Shown piece after piece: positions 35,422 to 43,635 of a stretch of DNA of 43,635 bases (its first letter is position 1; the number at the start of each line of letters is the position of its first letter). The DNA is taken from assembly GCA_023819665.1 (NCBI GenBank), contig JAMWCP010000002.1, positions 1 to 43,635 of the forward strand, in the 5' to 3' direction. The stretch comes from Candidatus Omnitrophota bacterium. Its GTDB lineage: Bacteria > Omnitrophota > Gorgyraeia > Gygaellales > JAMWCP01. Both the position numbers and the translations under genes were made by a program. Under the pieces are notes generated by a model. It had not been told where the DNA came from. It saw only the letters and a program-made list of their open reading frames with translations, and searched no databases.

Positions 35422-36754
35422 CGCATATCTTATATATATCTCCTGCTCCTAATGTAATTACTAAGTCATTCTTTCTTAAAATGCTTAGAACATAAGGAAG
35501 AATATCTTCTTGAGAAAAATATTTAGCACAGTTATTTCTTTTATAGAAATTAATTTTATTGCAAATTTCCCTTGCATCTACTCCTTCTATAGGTTCTTCA
35601 TCTGCAGGATAGATATTAGTAACTATTATCTCATCCGCTAAATCAAAACTTTTAGCAAACTCATCTAAAAGTAATTTTGTACGTGTATATCGATGTGGCT
35701 GAAATATAACAATCACTCTTTTATACCCTAAATTTGTTACGGTTTTTAATGTGGCTATTATCTCAGAAGGATGATGAGCGTAGTCATCTAAAAACATAAT
35801 TCCATTGATGCAAGATTTAATTTCAATTCTACGTTTTGTTCCCTTAAAAGTAGAAAGCGCATTTTTTATGATAGATGTATCTATACCCAATTCTTTTGCG
35901 ATGGCAATCGCAGCCAAACTATTTAAAACATTATGTAGACCACCTAAATTAAGCGAAAACCTTCCTAAAAAATTATCTTTATAAATACAATTATAACAGG
36001 AACTTAAACCGTTAAATTTTATATCTTCCGCGTATACATCCAGCTGTGGAGATAAACCATAAAGAATTGTTTTCTTATTAATCCTTTTTAAAATAGATAT
36101 AATATTCTTATCCTCGGCACAGGCAATCAGACAACCATCCTGAGAGATATTATTTATAAAATTGACAAATGTAGACAGAAGATTCTCTATGTTCTTATAA
36201 TAATCCATATGTTCAAAATCAATATTAGTGACAATAGAGTAATTTGGTTTAAAATACAAAAAAGACCCATCTGATTCATCTGCCTCTACTACAAAAAAAT
36301 TACCTCTATCTAAACAGATACTGTTATTTAAATTAAGCCACACTCCTCCTAAAACTGCGACAGAAAGAAGACGTGCTTCTTTCAAAATATGGGCGATGAG
36401 AGAACTAGTAGTAGTCTTACCATGAGAACCTGTAATTGTAATCAGTTTTACATTCCGAATAATCTCCACCAAAGCCTCAGCTCGTTTTAATATCTTTATA
36501 TTTCTTCTTCTCGCTTCTACCAATTCTGGATTATTTTCTTTAATAGCTGAAGAGTAGACTACCAAATCTTGATTCTGGATATAAGAAGGATTATGACCTA
36601 AATAAATCTTTGCTCCTTTGAGTCGTAACAACTCTAATCTCTCCGAATTTCTGATATCTGAACCACTCACCTTGATACCCGCTTTTAGATATAACTGCGC
36701 AATACCACTCATTCCAATTCCACCTATACCAATGAAGTGTACATCTTTATACAT
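35393..36754 (-). CDS. murC: UDP-N-acetylmuramate--L-alanine ligase
   Basis: HFIGIGGIGMSGIA and the P-loop ITGSHGKTTT, with Mur ligase middle and C-terminal domains (DDYAHHPSEI). Confidence 0.95.
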   Translation of the reverse strand: MYKDVHFIGIGGIGMSGIAQLYLKAGIKVSGSDIRNSERLELLRLKGAKIYLGHNPSYIQNQDLVVYSSAIKENNPELVEARRRNIKILKRAEALVEIIRNVKLITITGSHGKTTTSSLIAHILKEARLLSVAVLGGVWLNLNNSICLDRGNFFVVEADESDGSFLYFKPNYSIVTNIDFEHMDYYKNIENLLSTFVNFINNISQDGCLIACAEDKNIISILKRINKKTILYGLSPQLDVYAEDIKFNGLSSCYNCIYKDNFLGRFSLNLGGLHNVLNSLAAIAIAKELGIDTSIIKNALSTFKGTKRRIEIKSCINGIMFLDDYAHHPSEIIATLKTVTNLGYKRVIVIFQPHRYTRTKLLLDEFAKSFDLADEIIVTNIYPADEEPIEGVDAREICNKINFYKRNNCAKYFSQEDILPYVLSILRKNDLVITLGAGDIYKICDELVKYFKK

Positions 36755-36766
36755 ATTAAAAAATAT

Positions 36767-37849
36767 TTAATTAGAAGATAAAACTATATCCCACAGAGCG
36801 ATTGAAGTGGTTTTGTTTAATCTATTATAATTATATCGCATATCTTTCAATCTTGAGGGATTTTCAACTAATTCTAATACAGATTCTGCCAATCGTTTAA
36901 AATTTAACTCTTCTTCTTCTATTAAAAGTGCACAGCCATTACTTTCTAATATCTTGGCATTATAACTCTGATGTTGGTATGCATATGGGTAAGGAATGAT
37001 TATTGCCGGTAATCCAAAAAATATAAGTTCAGAAATAGTCATTGCTCCTGCACGACAGACAGCCAGATCAGCGATACTTAGGGCATAATGAATTTTATCT
37101 AAAAATTTAAACAATACTACCTTAATATTCATATTATTATATTGCTTCTTTAAAAACTCATAATCTCTTTCACCACTTAAATGAATTATTTGAAATATAA
37201 ATTTATCCTTAAGTAAATGGATAGCTTTCAAGAATTCCATGTTTATCCGATACGACCCCTGACTACCACCCATAACTAAAATGGTAAAACAATCAGAGGG
37301 AAAGTCAAAATATCCTAACGCCTCTTTTCTATCTATTATTTTTAAATCTTTTCTTAAAGGATTTCCTGTAATTACCATTTTATCCTTATATAAAGAAAAA
37401 ATTTCTCTGGTTTGAATAAAACCCAAACTGATAGAATTTACAAAAAGAGCAAGTATCCGATTTGCCCTTCCCATTAGAACATTTTCTTCATGAATGATAG
37501 TCTTTATTTTTAAAAACCAGCCGAAGAGCACTAAAAAAAAAGAAGCATAACCTCCAAATCCTACTATTATATTAGGTCTGAATCTTAATAAAATAATTAA
37601 ACTTTTTATAAGTGTTTTAAATAACTTAAAAATACTTATTATAAATTCGCTAAAGGAAACCAATTTTATAGGAGAAGCATCTAATCTAATAATTTTATAT
37701 TCTTTAGGAATAATCCTCTTCTCCAAAGTACTACTTCCTACTACCAAAATAATATCTATAAATTTATTACGTAATTGTAACTCTTCAGCCAATCTTAAAG
37801 CAGGGAAAATATGTCCTCCTGTCCCTCCGCACGCAATTAAAACTTTCAT
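36767..37849 (-). CDS. murG: Undecaprenyldiphospho-muramoylpentapeptide beta-N-acetylglucosaminyltransferase
   Basis: CGGTGGHIFPAL N-terminal motif, GGSQGS, and the CRAGAMTISE-type C-terminal motif. Confidence 0.93.
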   Translation of the reverse strand: MKVLIACGGTGGHIFPALRLAEELQLRNKFIDIILVVGSSTLEKRIIPKEYKIIRLDASPIKLVSFSEFIISIFKLFKTLIKSLIILLRFRPNIIVGFGGYASFFLVLFGWFLKIKTIIHEENVLMGRANRILALFVNSISLGFIQTREIFSLYKDKMVITGNPLRKDLKIIDRKEALGYFDFPSDCFTILVMGGSQGSYRINMEFLKAIHLLKDKFIFQIIHLSGERDYEFLKKQYNNMNIKVVLFKFLDKIHYALSIADLAVCRAGAMTISELIFFGLPAIIIPYPYAYQHQSYNAKILESNGCALLIEEEELNFKRLAESVLELVENPSRLKDMRYNYNRLNKTTSIALWDIVLSSN

Positions 37850-37860
37850 ATTATTTTAAA

Positions 37861-38958
37861 TTATTCTAACAGACAAGAGAAACGAGAAATATTTAAAATT
37901 AAACCTACCCCTATCATATCAAAGACAAGCGAGGATCCACCATAACTTATAAAGGGTAGTGGAAGTCCCTTTGGAGGTAAAACCCCACAAGAAACACCTA
38001 TATTTATCACTGCCTTTAAACCAATGATCATAATTATACCTAAACTTAAGAATGTACCAAAGACATCCGGCGCAAAACGAGAAACTTTCAAACCCTGCAT
38101 AATAAGATTAAGAAAAAGAAAACAAACACTCAAAGTCCCTAACAGACCAAGCTCCTCTCCAATTATAGAAAATATAAAATCTGTATGTGAAGCAGGAAGA
38201 TAAAAAAGCTTCTGGCGTGAGTGTCCTAGTCCTACTCCAAAAAGACCACCCGAACCCAAGGCGATGTTAGATTGGATAATCTGGAAACCTGTCCTCTTCG
38301 GATCTTGCCAAGGATTTATAAAAGCCATAATCCGTGCCCGACGATAAGCAGAAGTAAAAATTAATATATAAAAAAAACCTAAGGAAAGACACATAATAAA
38401 TATCAAGTACCTCATAGGTACACCTGCAACAAAGAACATAATAAAAACTACTAATCCTAAAGCAAAAACAGTGCCTAAGTCGGGCTGGATCAGTATCAAT
38501 ACTGCCATTGCTACTAATACCAAAAGAGGAGGAAACATCCCTCTAAAAAAATTCTCCTGTATAATTGTTTTCTTGCGCGATATACAATCTGCTATATATA
38601 AAACTAATGCCATGTTTGCAAATTCCGAAGGTTGAAAACTCAAGACTCCAAATCTGAACCAACGCCTTGCTCCTCCTAATTCTTTACCAATGAAAGGAAT
38701 TAAAACCAAAATCAAAAGCAAAAAAGCAAGCAAAAGCAGAGGTTTCGCTTTCTGTTTTAGTATACGATAATCGAAACACATTACCCCAAACATAAGAAAT
38801 AACCCTAAGAGAACGAAAATTATATGTTTTTTTAAAAAAAACATCTCATCATTGTATCGAGATTGGGCATATATACAGGATGAGCTATAAATCATAATTA
38901 TACCCAACAAAAGTAGAATAAACAGATTAGTAAAAATTATAAGACGAGTTTTACGCAT
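37861..38958 (-). CDS. ftsW: Cell division peptidoglycan glycosyltransferase FtsW (SEDS)
   Basis: SEDS motifs QPSEFANM, PASHTDFIF and SYGGSS. It sits between murD and murG. Confidence 0.92.
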   Translation of the reverse strand: MRKTRLIIFTNLFILLLLGIIMIYSSSCIYAQSRYNDEMFFLKKHIIFVLLGLFLMFGVMCFDYRILKQKAKPLLLLAFLLLILVLIPFIGKELGGARRWFRFGVLSFQPSEFANMALVLYIADCISRKKTIIQENFFRGMFPPLLVLVAMAVLILIQPDLGTVFALGLVVFIMFFVAGVPMRYLIFIMCLSLGFFYILIFTSAYRRARIMAFINPWQDPKRTGFQIIQSNIALGSGGLFGVGLGHSRQKLFYLPASHTDFIFSIIGEELGLLGTLSVCFLFLNLIMQGLKVSRFAPDVFGTFLSLGIIMIIGLKAVINIGVSCGVLPPKGLPLPFISYGGSSLVFDMIGVGLILNISRFSCLLE

Positions 38959-40219
38959 ACCGTTTATTTAAATCCTTTACTATCTGTTTAAAAACATTGC
39001 CTCTTTCCTCATAATTTTTAAACATATCAAAACTTGCACACATTGGAGAAAGTAATATTGTATCACCTCTACAAGCAGAATTAAAAGCTATATTTACCGC
39101 TTCTTCTAATAAAGAAGCTTCTTCTGTGTTGACTACCCCCGAAAATTCTTTCTTTAGTACATCTTTTGCTTCTCCTATAAGTACCATAAGTTTTACTTTA
39201 CTTTTAATCGCAGGTTTAACCTTATCAAAACTTAAACCCTTGTTTCTTCCCCCTGCGATAAGAATTATGGGGCCCTCTATATTTTTTAATGCCCATAATG
39301 TGGATTCAACATTTGTCGCCTTGGAATCATTTATAAAATTTACTCCCTTAAAACCTGTTACGTATTCTAAGCGATGCTCTATACCTTTAAAATTTGAAAA
39401 AACATTCTCTAATATATCCTCACCCAATCCCAAAATAGAGATTACTTTTTTTACCGCAGAAAAATTCTGATTCATTCCATCTTCATCTTTAAAGAAAATT
39501 ATTTTTGCCATAATTATCTTGGCCATATCTCTCACAAAAGGATCATCGTAATTTAAAACTGCAAAATCATTTTCATCTTGATTTATAAATAATCTCTTCT
39601 TTGCCTCTAAATACCCTTCTATATTATGGTAGCGATCAAGATGGTCGGGACTAAAATTAAGCATTACAGAAATAAATGGTTTAAAGTTTACTATTCTTTC
39701 TAACTGAAATGAACTTATTTCCAAAGATACGAAATCACCCCCTGACATCTCCTCTACTTTACTGGAAAAAGGAACTCCAATATTACCACAGATATACACC
39801 CTTTTGCCTGCCTGCTGTAAACATCTACCAATCAGCGTAGTAACCGTAGTTTTTCCATTAGTTCCTGAGACAGCAATAATCTTAGCAGGACAAATTGTAT
39901 AAGCTAATTCTATCTCGCTTATTATGGGGATACCTTTTCTATTTGCCTCTATTACTATAGGATTATAAGTATTCACGCCTGGGCTTAAAACTATTAAATC
40001 CTTATCCTTCAATACTTCTTTTCTATGACCTCCTAACTCAACTTTGATACCTTCTGCTTTAAGTTTGGAAGCCATTTCTTTCAATGTATCGTTTATATCT
40101 CTTTCGCTAACAGTTACATTTGAACCCAGTTTTACCAACAAAGAAGCTGCGGCGTAACCACTACGTCCCAATCCTACCACTAATATATTTTTGCCTCTGT
40201 AATATGTTCTATCTAACAT
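38951..40219 (-). CDS. murD: UDP-N-acetylmuramoylalanine--D-glutamate ligase
   Basis: VVGLGRSG Rossmann motif, P-loop VSGTNGKTT, FINDSKATN, and DMFKNYEERG at the C-terminus. Confidence 0.95.
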   Translation of the reverse strand: MLDRTYYRGKNILVVGLGRSGYAAASLLVKLGSNVTVSERDINDTLKEMASKLKAEGIKVELGGHRKEVLKDKDLIVLSPGVNTYNPIVIEANRKGIPIISEIELAYTICPAKIIAVSGTNGKTTVTTLIGRCLQQAGKRVYICGNIGVPFSSKVEEMSGGDFVSLEISSFQLERIVNFKPFISVMLNFSPDHLDRYHNIEGYLEAKKRLFINQDENDFAVLNYDDPFVRDMAKIIMAKIIFFKDEDGMNQNFSAVKKVISILGLGEDILENVFSNFKGIEHRLEYVTGFKGVNFINDSKATNVESTLWALKNIEGPIILIAGGRNKGLSFDKVKPAIKSKVKLMVLIGEAKDVLKKEFSGVVNTEEASLLEEAVNIAFNSACRGDTILLSPMCASFDMFKNYEERGNVFKQIVKDLNKRYA

Positions 40220-40223
40220 GGCT

Positions 40224-41315
40224 TTATCTTATCTTTAAAGTTACGATGGTCAAAAGAGCTAAAAGCGTTGCTATTATCCAGAACCTTACTACTATCTTAG
40301 GTTCTGACCATCCTAAAAACTGAAAATGATGGTGCAACGGAGCAATTTTAAATATCCTCTTTTTTCTTAATTTAAATGAAATAAATTGTAATATAACAGA
40401 AAATGCCTCCAATACAAATATTCCCCCTACGATAATCAAAAGTAATTCTTTCTTAATGAAAACTGCTATTGCTCCCAAGGTGCCCCCTAAAGAGAGAGCA
40501 CCTACATCACCCATAAATATGGAAGCGGGGTAACAGTTAAACCATAAAAAACCTAAACCCGCGCCCAGAATAGCGGCGCAGAATACAGTAAGCTCACCCG
40601 CACCCTTTAGATAAGGAATAAACAAATAATTACTAAATTTTATATTACCACAGATATAACTTAAAACCGCAAAGGCAAATGCCACCATAATCACAATACC
40701 AATAGCCAATCCATCTAAACCATCGGTAAGATTTACTGCGTTAGAACTAGCTGTAATTACAAGAGTTACAAAAAGAATATAAAATACACTCAAGTCAAAT
40801 TTTATATTTTTAAAAAATGGTATATCCAATTTAGTTATATCAGGGATCTTTAAATAAAGAATAATTCCTACTAATAAACCCAGCGCTATTTGAGTGGAAA
40901 GTTTAACGGAAACGGAAACCCCTTTGGGATGATAACCTTTAAGTTTAAGATAGTCATCCAGAAAACCTAATCCCGCTAACCATAAACAAACTAACATCGC
41001 CAGATTTATGTATAGATTATCTAACCGTGCCCACAACAAGGTAGATAAAATAATCGCACTTACTATCATTATTCCCCCCATTGTGGGAATACCTTCCTTA
41101 TGTTGATGGAGCTCATAAAGCCTCTCGCTTTCTTCTCTTTTTCTGATATTAGCACCAATTCGATATTTGGTTAGTTTTTTAATAAGGTGTGGACCTAAAA
41201 GAAGAGTAAAAAAGAAAGCAGTTAAAGTTGCCATTGCCGAACGGAAGGTTATATATCGAAAGATATTAAAAATAAAAAATATCTCTCTCAGAGGGTAAAA
41301 TAAATGATAAAACAT
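40224..41315 (-). CDS. mraY: Phospho-N-acetylmuramoyl-pentapeptide transferase
   Basis: Polytopic membrane protein with KEGIPTMGG, NAVNLTDGLDGLA, MGDVGALSLGG and APLHHHF motifs. Confidence 0.96.
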   Translation of the reverse strand: MFYHLFYPLREIFFIFNIFRYITFRSAMATLTAFFFTLLLGPHLIKKLTKYRIGANIRKREESERLYELHQHKEGIPTMGGIMIVSAIILSTLLWARLDNLYINLAMLVCLWLAGLGFLDDYLKLKGYHPKGVSVSVKLSTQIALGLLVGIILYLKIPDITKLDIPFFKNIKFDLSVFYILFVTLVITASSNAVNLTDGLDGLAIGIVIMVAFAFAVLSYICGNIKFSNYLFIPYLKGAGELTVFCAAILGAGLGFLWFNCYPASIFMGDVGALSLGGTLGAIAVFIKKELLLIIVGGIFVLEAFSVILQFISFKLRKKRIFKIAPLHHHFQFLGWSEPKIVVRFWIIATLLALLTIVTLKIR

Positions 41316-41330
41316 TTTATCTTAATAAAA

Positions 41331-42680
41331 TTATTTAAACACCTCCTCCATATACATAAGGCGAGAGCCTTTAATTAGGATTAAATCTCCTTTGGAGGGT
41401 TTAACTTTCTTTATAAGTATATCTTTTGCCTCTTTGGCAGTATTGCAAGTAAAAATTAATTTACCTTTTAAATAAAATGAACTGATTGTTTTATCCATCT
41501 TTCCAAAAAATTTACCTACACCTATTATTATATCACACAATCTTGAAATATGTATACTTGCCTTATAATGAAATTCATCTGTATTTTTGCCTAATTCTAA
41601 CATATCCCCTATCACTGCTATTTTTCTGCCTTTTATATTCAATCTACCCAAAACCTTCAAAGCTTCATTTAAAGAAACAGGATTAGAGTTATAAGTATCA
41701 TCAATAAAAGTAATACCTTTGATATTTTTTATTTCTAATCTCTGAGAAGGAAATTTAAAATTTTTAACTCTTAAGATTAAATCTCTGTAACTAAACCCGA
41801 ATAATCTACATACTGTTATTGCTGCTAATGCGTTGTAGACATTAAAAAAACCTAAAGTATTCAAATAAAATTTATTCTGATTAATAACGAAAGACACCCT
41901 CTGTCTTTCCCATTTGAGATTATCAGCTTGAAAATCCGCTTTATGTTTTATTCCAAAACTTATCAGAAATTTATCTTTTATATGATTATTTAAAGCATCT
42001 CTTAAAAATGGATCATCGCTATTAAGTATACCTATAAAAGGAAAAGAGAGAGATTTAATTAAACTGATCTTTTCGTTATATACACCATCTAAAGCTTTGA
42101 AAAACTCTAAATGTGCAGGCCCAATATTAAGAACCACTCCTATCTGTGGAGAAGAGATCTCGGTCAGATATCCAATTTCACCGAAATGATTCGTCCCCAA
42201 TTCTACCACAGCGATATCGTAACTTTTATCTAATTTTAATAATGTTAAAGATAAACCTATCTGGTTATTCTGCGTACCTTCATTTTTTAAAACTTTATAC
42301 TTTAAACTCAAAAGGTATGCCAACATTTCCTTGGTCGTAGTCTTCCCGTTGGAACCCGTAATTGCAATTAGAGGAATAGGAAATTTATTACGTTGATACT
42401 TAGCTATATCTGTTAGTGCCTTTACTGTGTCATTAACCTTAAGCAATGTTATGTCTGGTATAATCTTAGGTAATTTCTCTACAATTAAAGCACTTGCTCC
42501 TTTGTCTTTCGCTTCTTTTATAAAATCATGCCCATCGAATCTATTCCCTTTTATAGCTAGAAAAATTTCCCCTTTTTTAAGCTTACGTGTATCGATGCAA
42601 ATATCAGAAAACTCTAAATCGATATTTCCCCTTATTAATTCTGCTTTTGTTGCTTTGACTATCTCTAAAATCTTAGGCAT
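41331..42680 (-). CDS. murF: UDP-N-acetylmuramoyl-tripeptide--D-alanyl-D-alanine ligase
   Basis: P-loop ITGSNGKTTTKE, DTYNSNP and GDMLELG motifs. Confidence 0.94.
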   Translation of the reverse strand: MPKILEIVKATKAELIRGNIDLEFSDICIDTRKLKKGEIFLAIKGNRFDGHDFIKEAKDKGASALIVEKLPKIIPDITLLKVNDTVKALTDIAKYQRNKFPIPLIAITGSNGKTTTKEMLAYLLSLKYKVLKNEGTQNNQIGLSLTLLKLDKSYDIAVVELGTNHFGEIGYLTEISSPQIGVVLNIGPAHLEFFKALDGVYNEKISLIKSLSFPFIGILNSDDPFLRDALNNHIKDKFLISFGIKHKADFQADNLKWERQRVSFVINQNKFYLNTLGFFNVYNALAAITVCRLFGFSYRDLILRVKNFKFPSQRLEIKNIKGITFIDDTYNSNPVSLNEALKVLGRLNIKGRKIAVIGDMLELGKNTDEFHYKASIHISRLCDIIIGVGKFFGKMDKTISSFYLKGKLIFTCNTAKEAKDILIKKVKPSKGDLILIKGSRLMYMEEVFK

Positions 42681-43635
42681 AAGGTTTGGCCTTTTTAAAA
42701 TATTCCTTTATTACCTGACGATCATCGAAAGGAATAATTCTATCTTTTATTATCTGATACTTTTCATGTCCCTTCCCTGCCACTAAAACCACATCACCTT
42801 CTTTTGCCTCAGAGATCGCTCTGTATATTGCTTCTCTTCTATCCGGAATAACAATATAGTTTTTCTCTTTTATCCCTTTCAAAATATCTTCTATTATTTC
42901 TAACGGATCTTCGCTACGAGGATTATCTGAGGTAATCACTACAAAATTGGCTAAATCTGTAGCAATTCTTCCCATTTTTGGTCTTTTATCTTTATCACGT
43001 TCCCCTCCGCAACCAAAGACTAAAATTATCTTTTTTTTAAAAATCTTTCTTAATATCAAAAGCGCATTCTTTAAAGCCTCAGGAGTATGGGCATAATCTA
43101 CAAATATAGAAAAATTTTTATGATAAACATTCTCTAATCTACCGGGAGGGGGAGTAAACTCTTCTATTGCTCTTTTAATATTTAAAAGCTCAATGTTTTC
43201 TAAAATAGCAAAAGAACAGGCAGCTAATATGTTATAAATATTATATACTCCTAAGAGAGGACTCTTTATCTCTATATTTTTTTTATAGGGAGTAAAAAGG
43301 GTAAATCTACTTCCTTTTATATCAAGCTTTATATCTTTAGCGTAAACATCTGCTTTTTTATTTAAACCGTAAGTGATTACTTCTGCATTCGTAAGCCTCA
43401 TAATCTTTCTACCATAATTATCATCTATATTAATAATTGCTTTTGCCCTGTCATCAAGCATTCTAAATAACTCTGCTTTAGCATTAAAATAGGCACTCAT
43501 ACTGGAATGATAATCTAAATGATCCTGTGTAAGATTGGTAAATATAGCATAGGAAAAATCCACATCTTTTACTCTCTGCTGCACAAGAGCATGTGAAGAT
43601 ACCTCTATTATAGCGTATTTAATACCCTCTCTCTT
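42673..43635 (-). CDS. murE: UDP-N-acetylmuramoyl-L-alanyl-D-glutamate--2,6-diaminopimelate (or lysine) ligase, 5'-truncated by window edge
   Basis: The frame is open from 43635 (321 codons): ...KREGIKYAIIEVSSHALVQQRVKDV..., with EVSSHAL, TNLTQDHLDYH, VDYAHTP, FGCGGERD and the DNPRSEDP motif (consistent with DAP-adding MurE). The track start at 43584 is internal. Confidence 0.93.
   Translation of the reverse strand, partial: KREGIKYAIIEVSSHALVQQRVKDVDFSYAIFTNLTQDHLDYHSSMSAYFNAKAELFRMLDDRAKAIINIDDNYGRKIMRLTNAEVITYGLNKKADVYAKDIKLDIKGSRFTLFTPYKKNIEIKSPLLGVYNIYNILAACSFAILENIELLNIKRAIEEFTPPPGRLENVYHKNFSIFVDYAHTPEALKNALLILRKIFKKKIILVFGCGGERDKDKRPKMGRIATDLANFVVITSDNPRSEDPLEIIEDILKGIKEKNYIVIPDRREAIYRAISEAKEGDVVLVAGKGHEKYQIIKDRIIPFDDRQVIKEYFKKAKPYA

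Noticed and set aside
39126-39470. Plus-strand ORF of 114 aa antisense to murD. Similar antisense ORFs lie at 42427-42786 (119 aa), 25589-25879 (96 aa), 24740-24982, 22540-22764, 2041-2280 and elsewhere.
   Set aside because: All are embedded antisense in confidently identified essential genes. They show the S/F/L/P/I-rich composition typical of the reverse strand of AT-rich coding DNA, have no recognisable motifs, and lack Shine-Dalgarno sequences.
1-43635. A look for CRISPR arrays, tRNA or rRNA genes, IS or transposase genes, integrases and long direct repeats.
   Set aside because: Every gap longer than 50 nt was read and is accounted for by promoters or the TPR remnant. No gap is large enough to hold such elements, and no ORF has transposase, integrase or Cas-like motifs. 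By-eye repeat detection inside coding regions is limited, so a computational self-alignment would be needed to exclude short dispersed repeats.

Overview
This is a visibly AT-rich, very gene-dense chromosomal segment with about 45 genes and almost no non-coding DNA. It is probably from a diderm bacterium, because LptF/LptG, Lgt and LspA are present. A PVC/Omnitrophota-like origin is only a guess from composition and gene content.

All genes are on the minus strand except the island comF-lptF-lptG (6080-8959). Many neighbouring genes have overlapping stop and start codons.

Gene order from right to left:
- A dcw cell-wall and division cluster: murE (5' end cut by the window edge)-murF-mraY-murD-ftsW-murG-murC-murB-ddl-ftsQ-ftsA. 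It ends without ftsZ.
- yggS-proC-mtnP-ileS-dksA-like-lspA-rluD.
- A membrane-anchored coiled-coil protein, then aroA.
- The rod-shape operon mreB-mreC-mreD-mrdA-rodA. It runs on directly into a B12-type radical SAM gene, a pyruvate kinase lacking its C-terminal domain, and a DUF763 protein.
- A thioesterase, a Dcd/Dut-superfamily protein, a secreted TPR protein whose C-terminal repeats carry three frameshifts, a small cupin, a Macro-Nudix fusion, and alr.
- Left of the plus-strand island: pyrE-M48 peptidase-lgt-trxA-LysM amidase lipoprotein, then three pilin-like genes (PilV/GspI-like, PilW/GspJ-like, and a large PilX-N-type protein).

The last of these is a 565-codon open frame that runs off the left edge. 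It is missing from the supplied ORF track because it has no stop codon in the window.

I saw no rRNA, tRNA, CRISPR array, IS element or recognisable defence or toxin-antitoxin system. Most of the window is ordinary housekeeping. The parts worth a second look are:
- the amidase and minor-pilin operon with its large tip-like protein;
- the extension of the rod-complex operon (rSAM, short pyruvate kinase, DUF763);
- the cupin plus Macro-Nudix pair;
- the decayed TPR tail;
- the dcw cluster that lacks ftsZ;
- the back-to-back near-leaderless promoters.

All family assignments come from motif recognition by eye. No searches were run.
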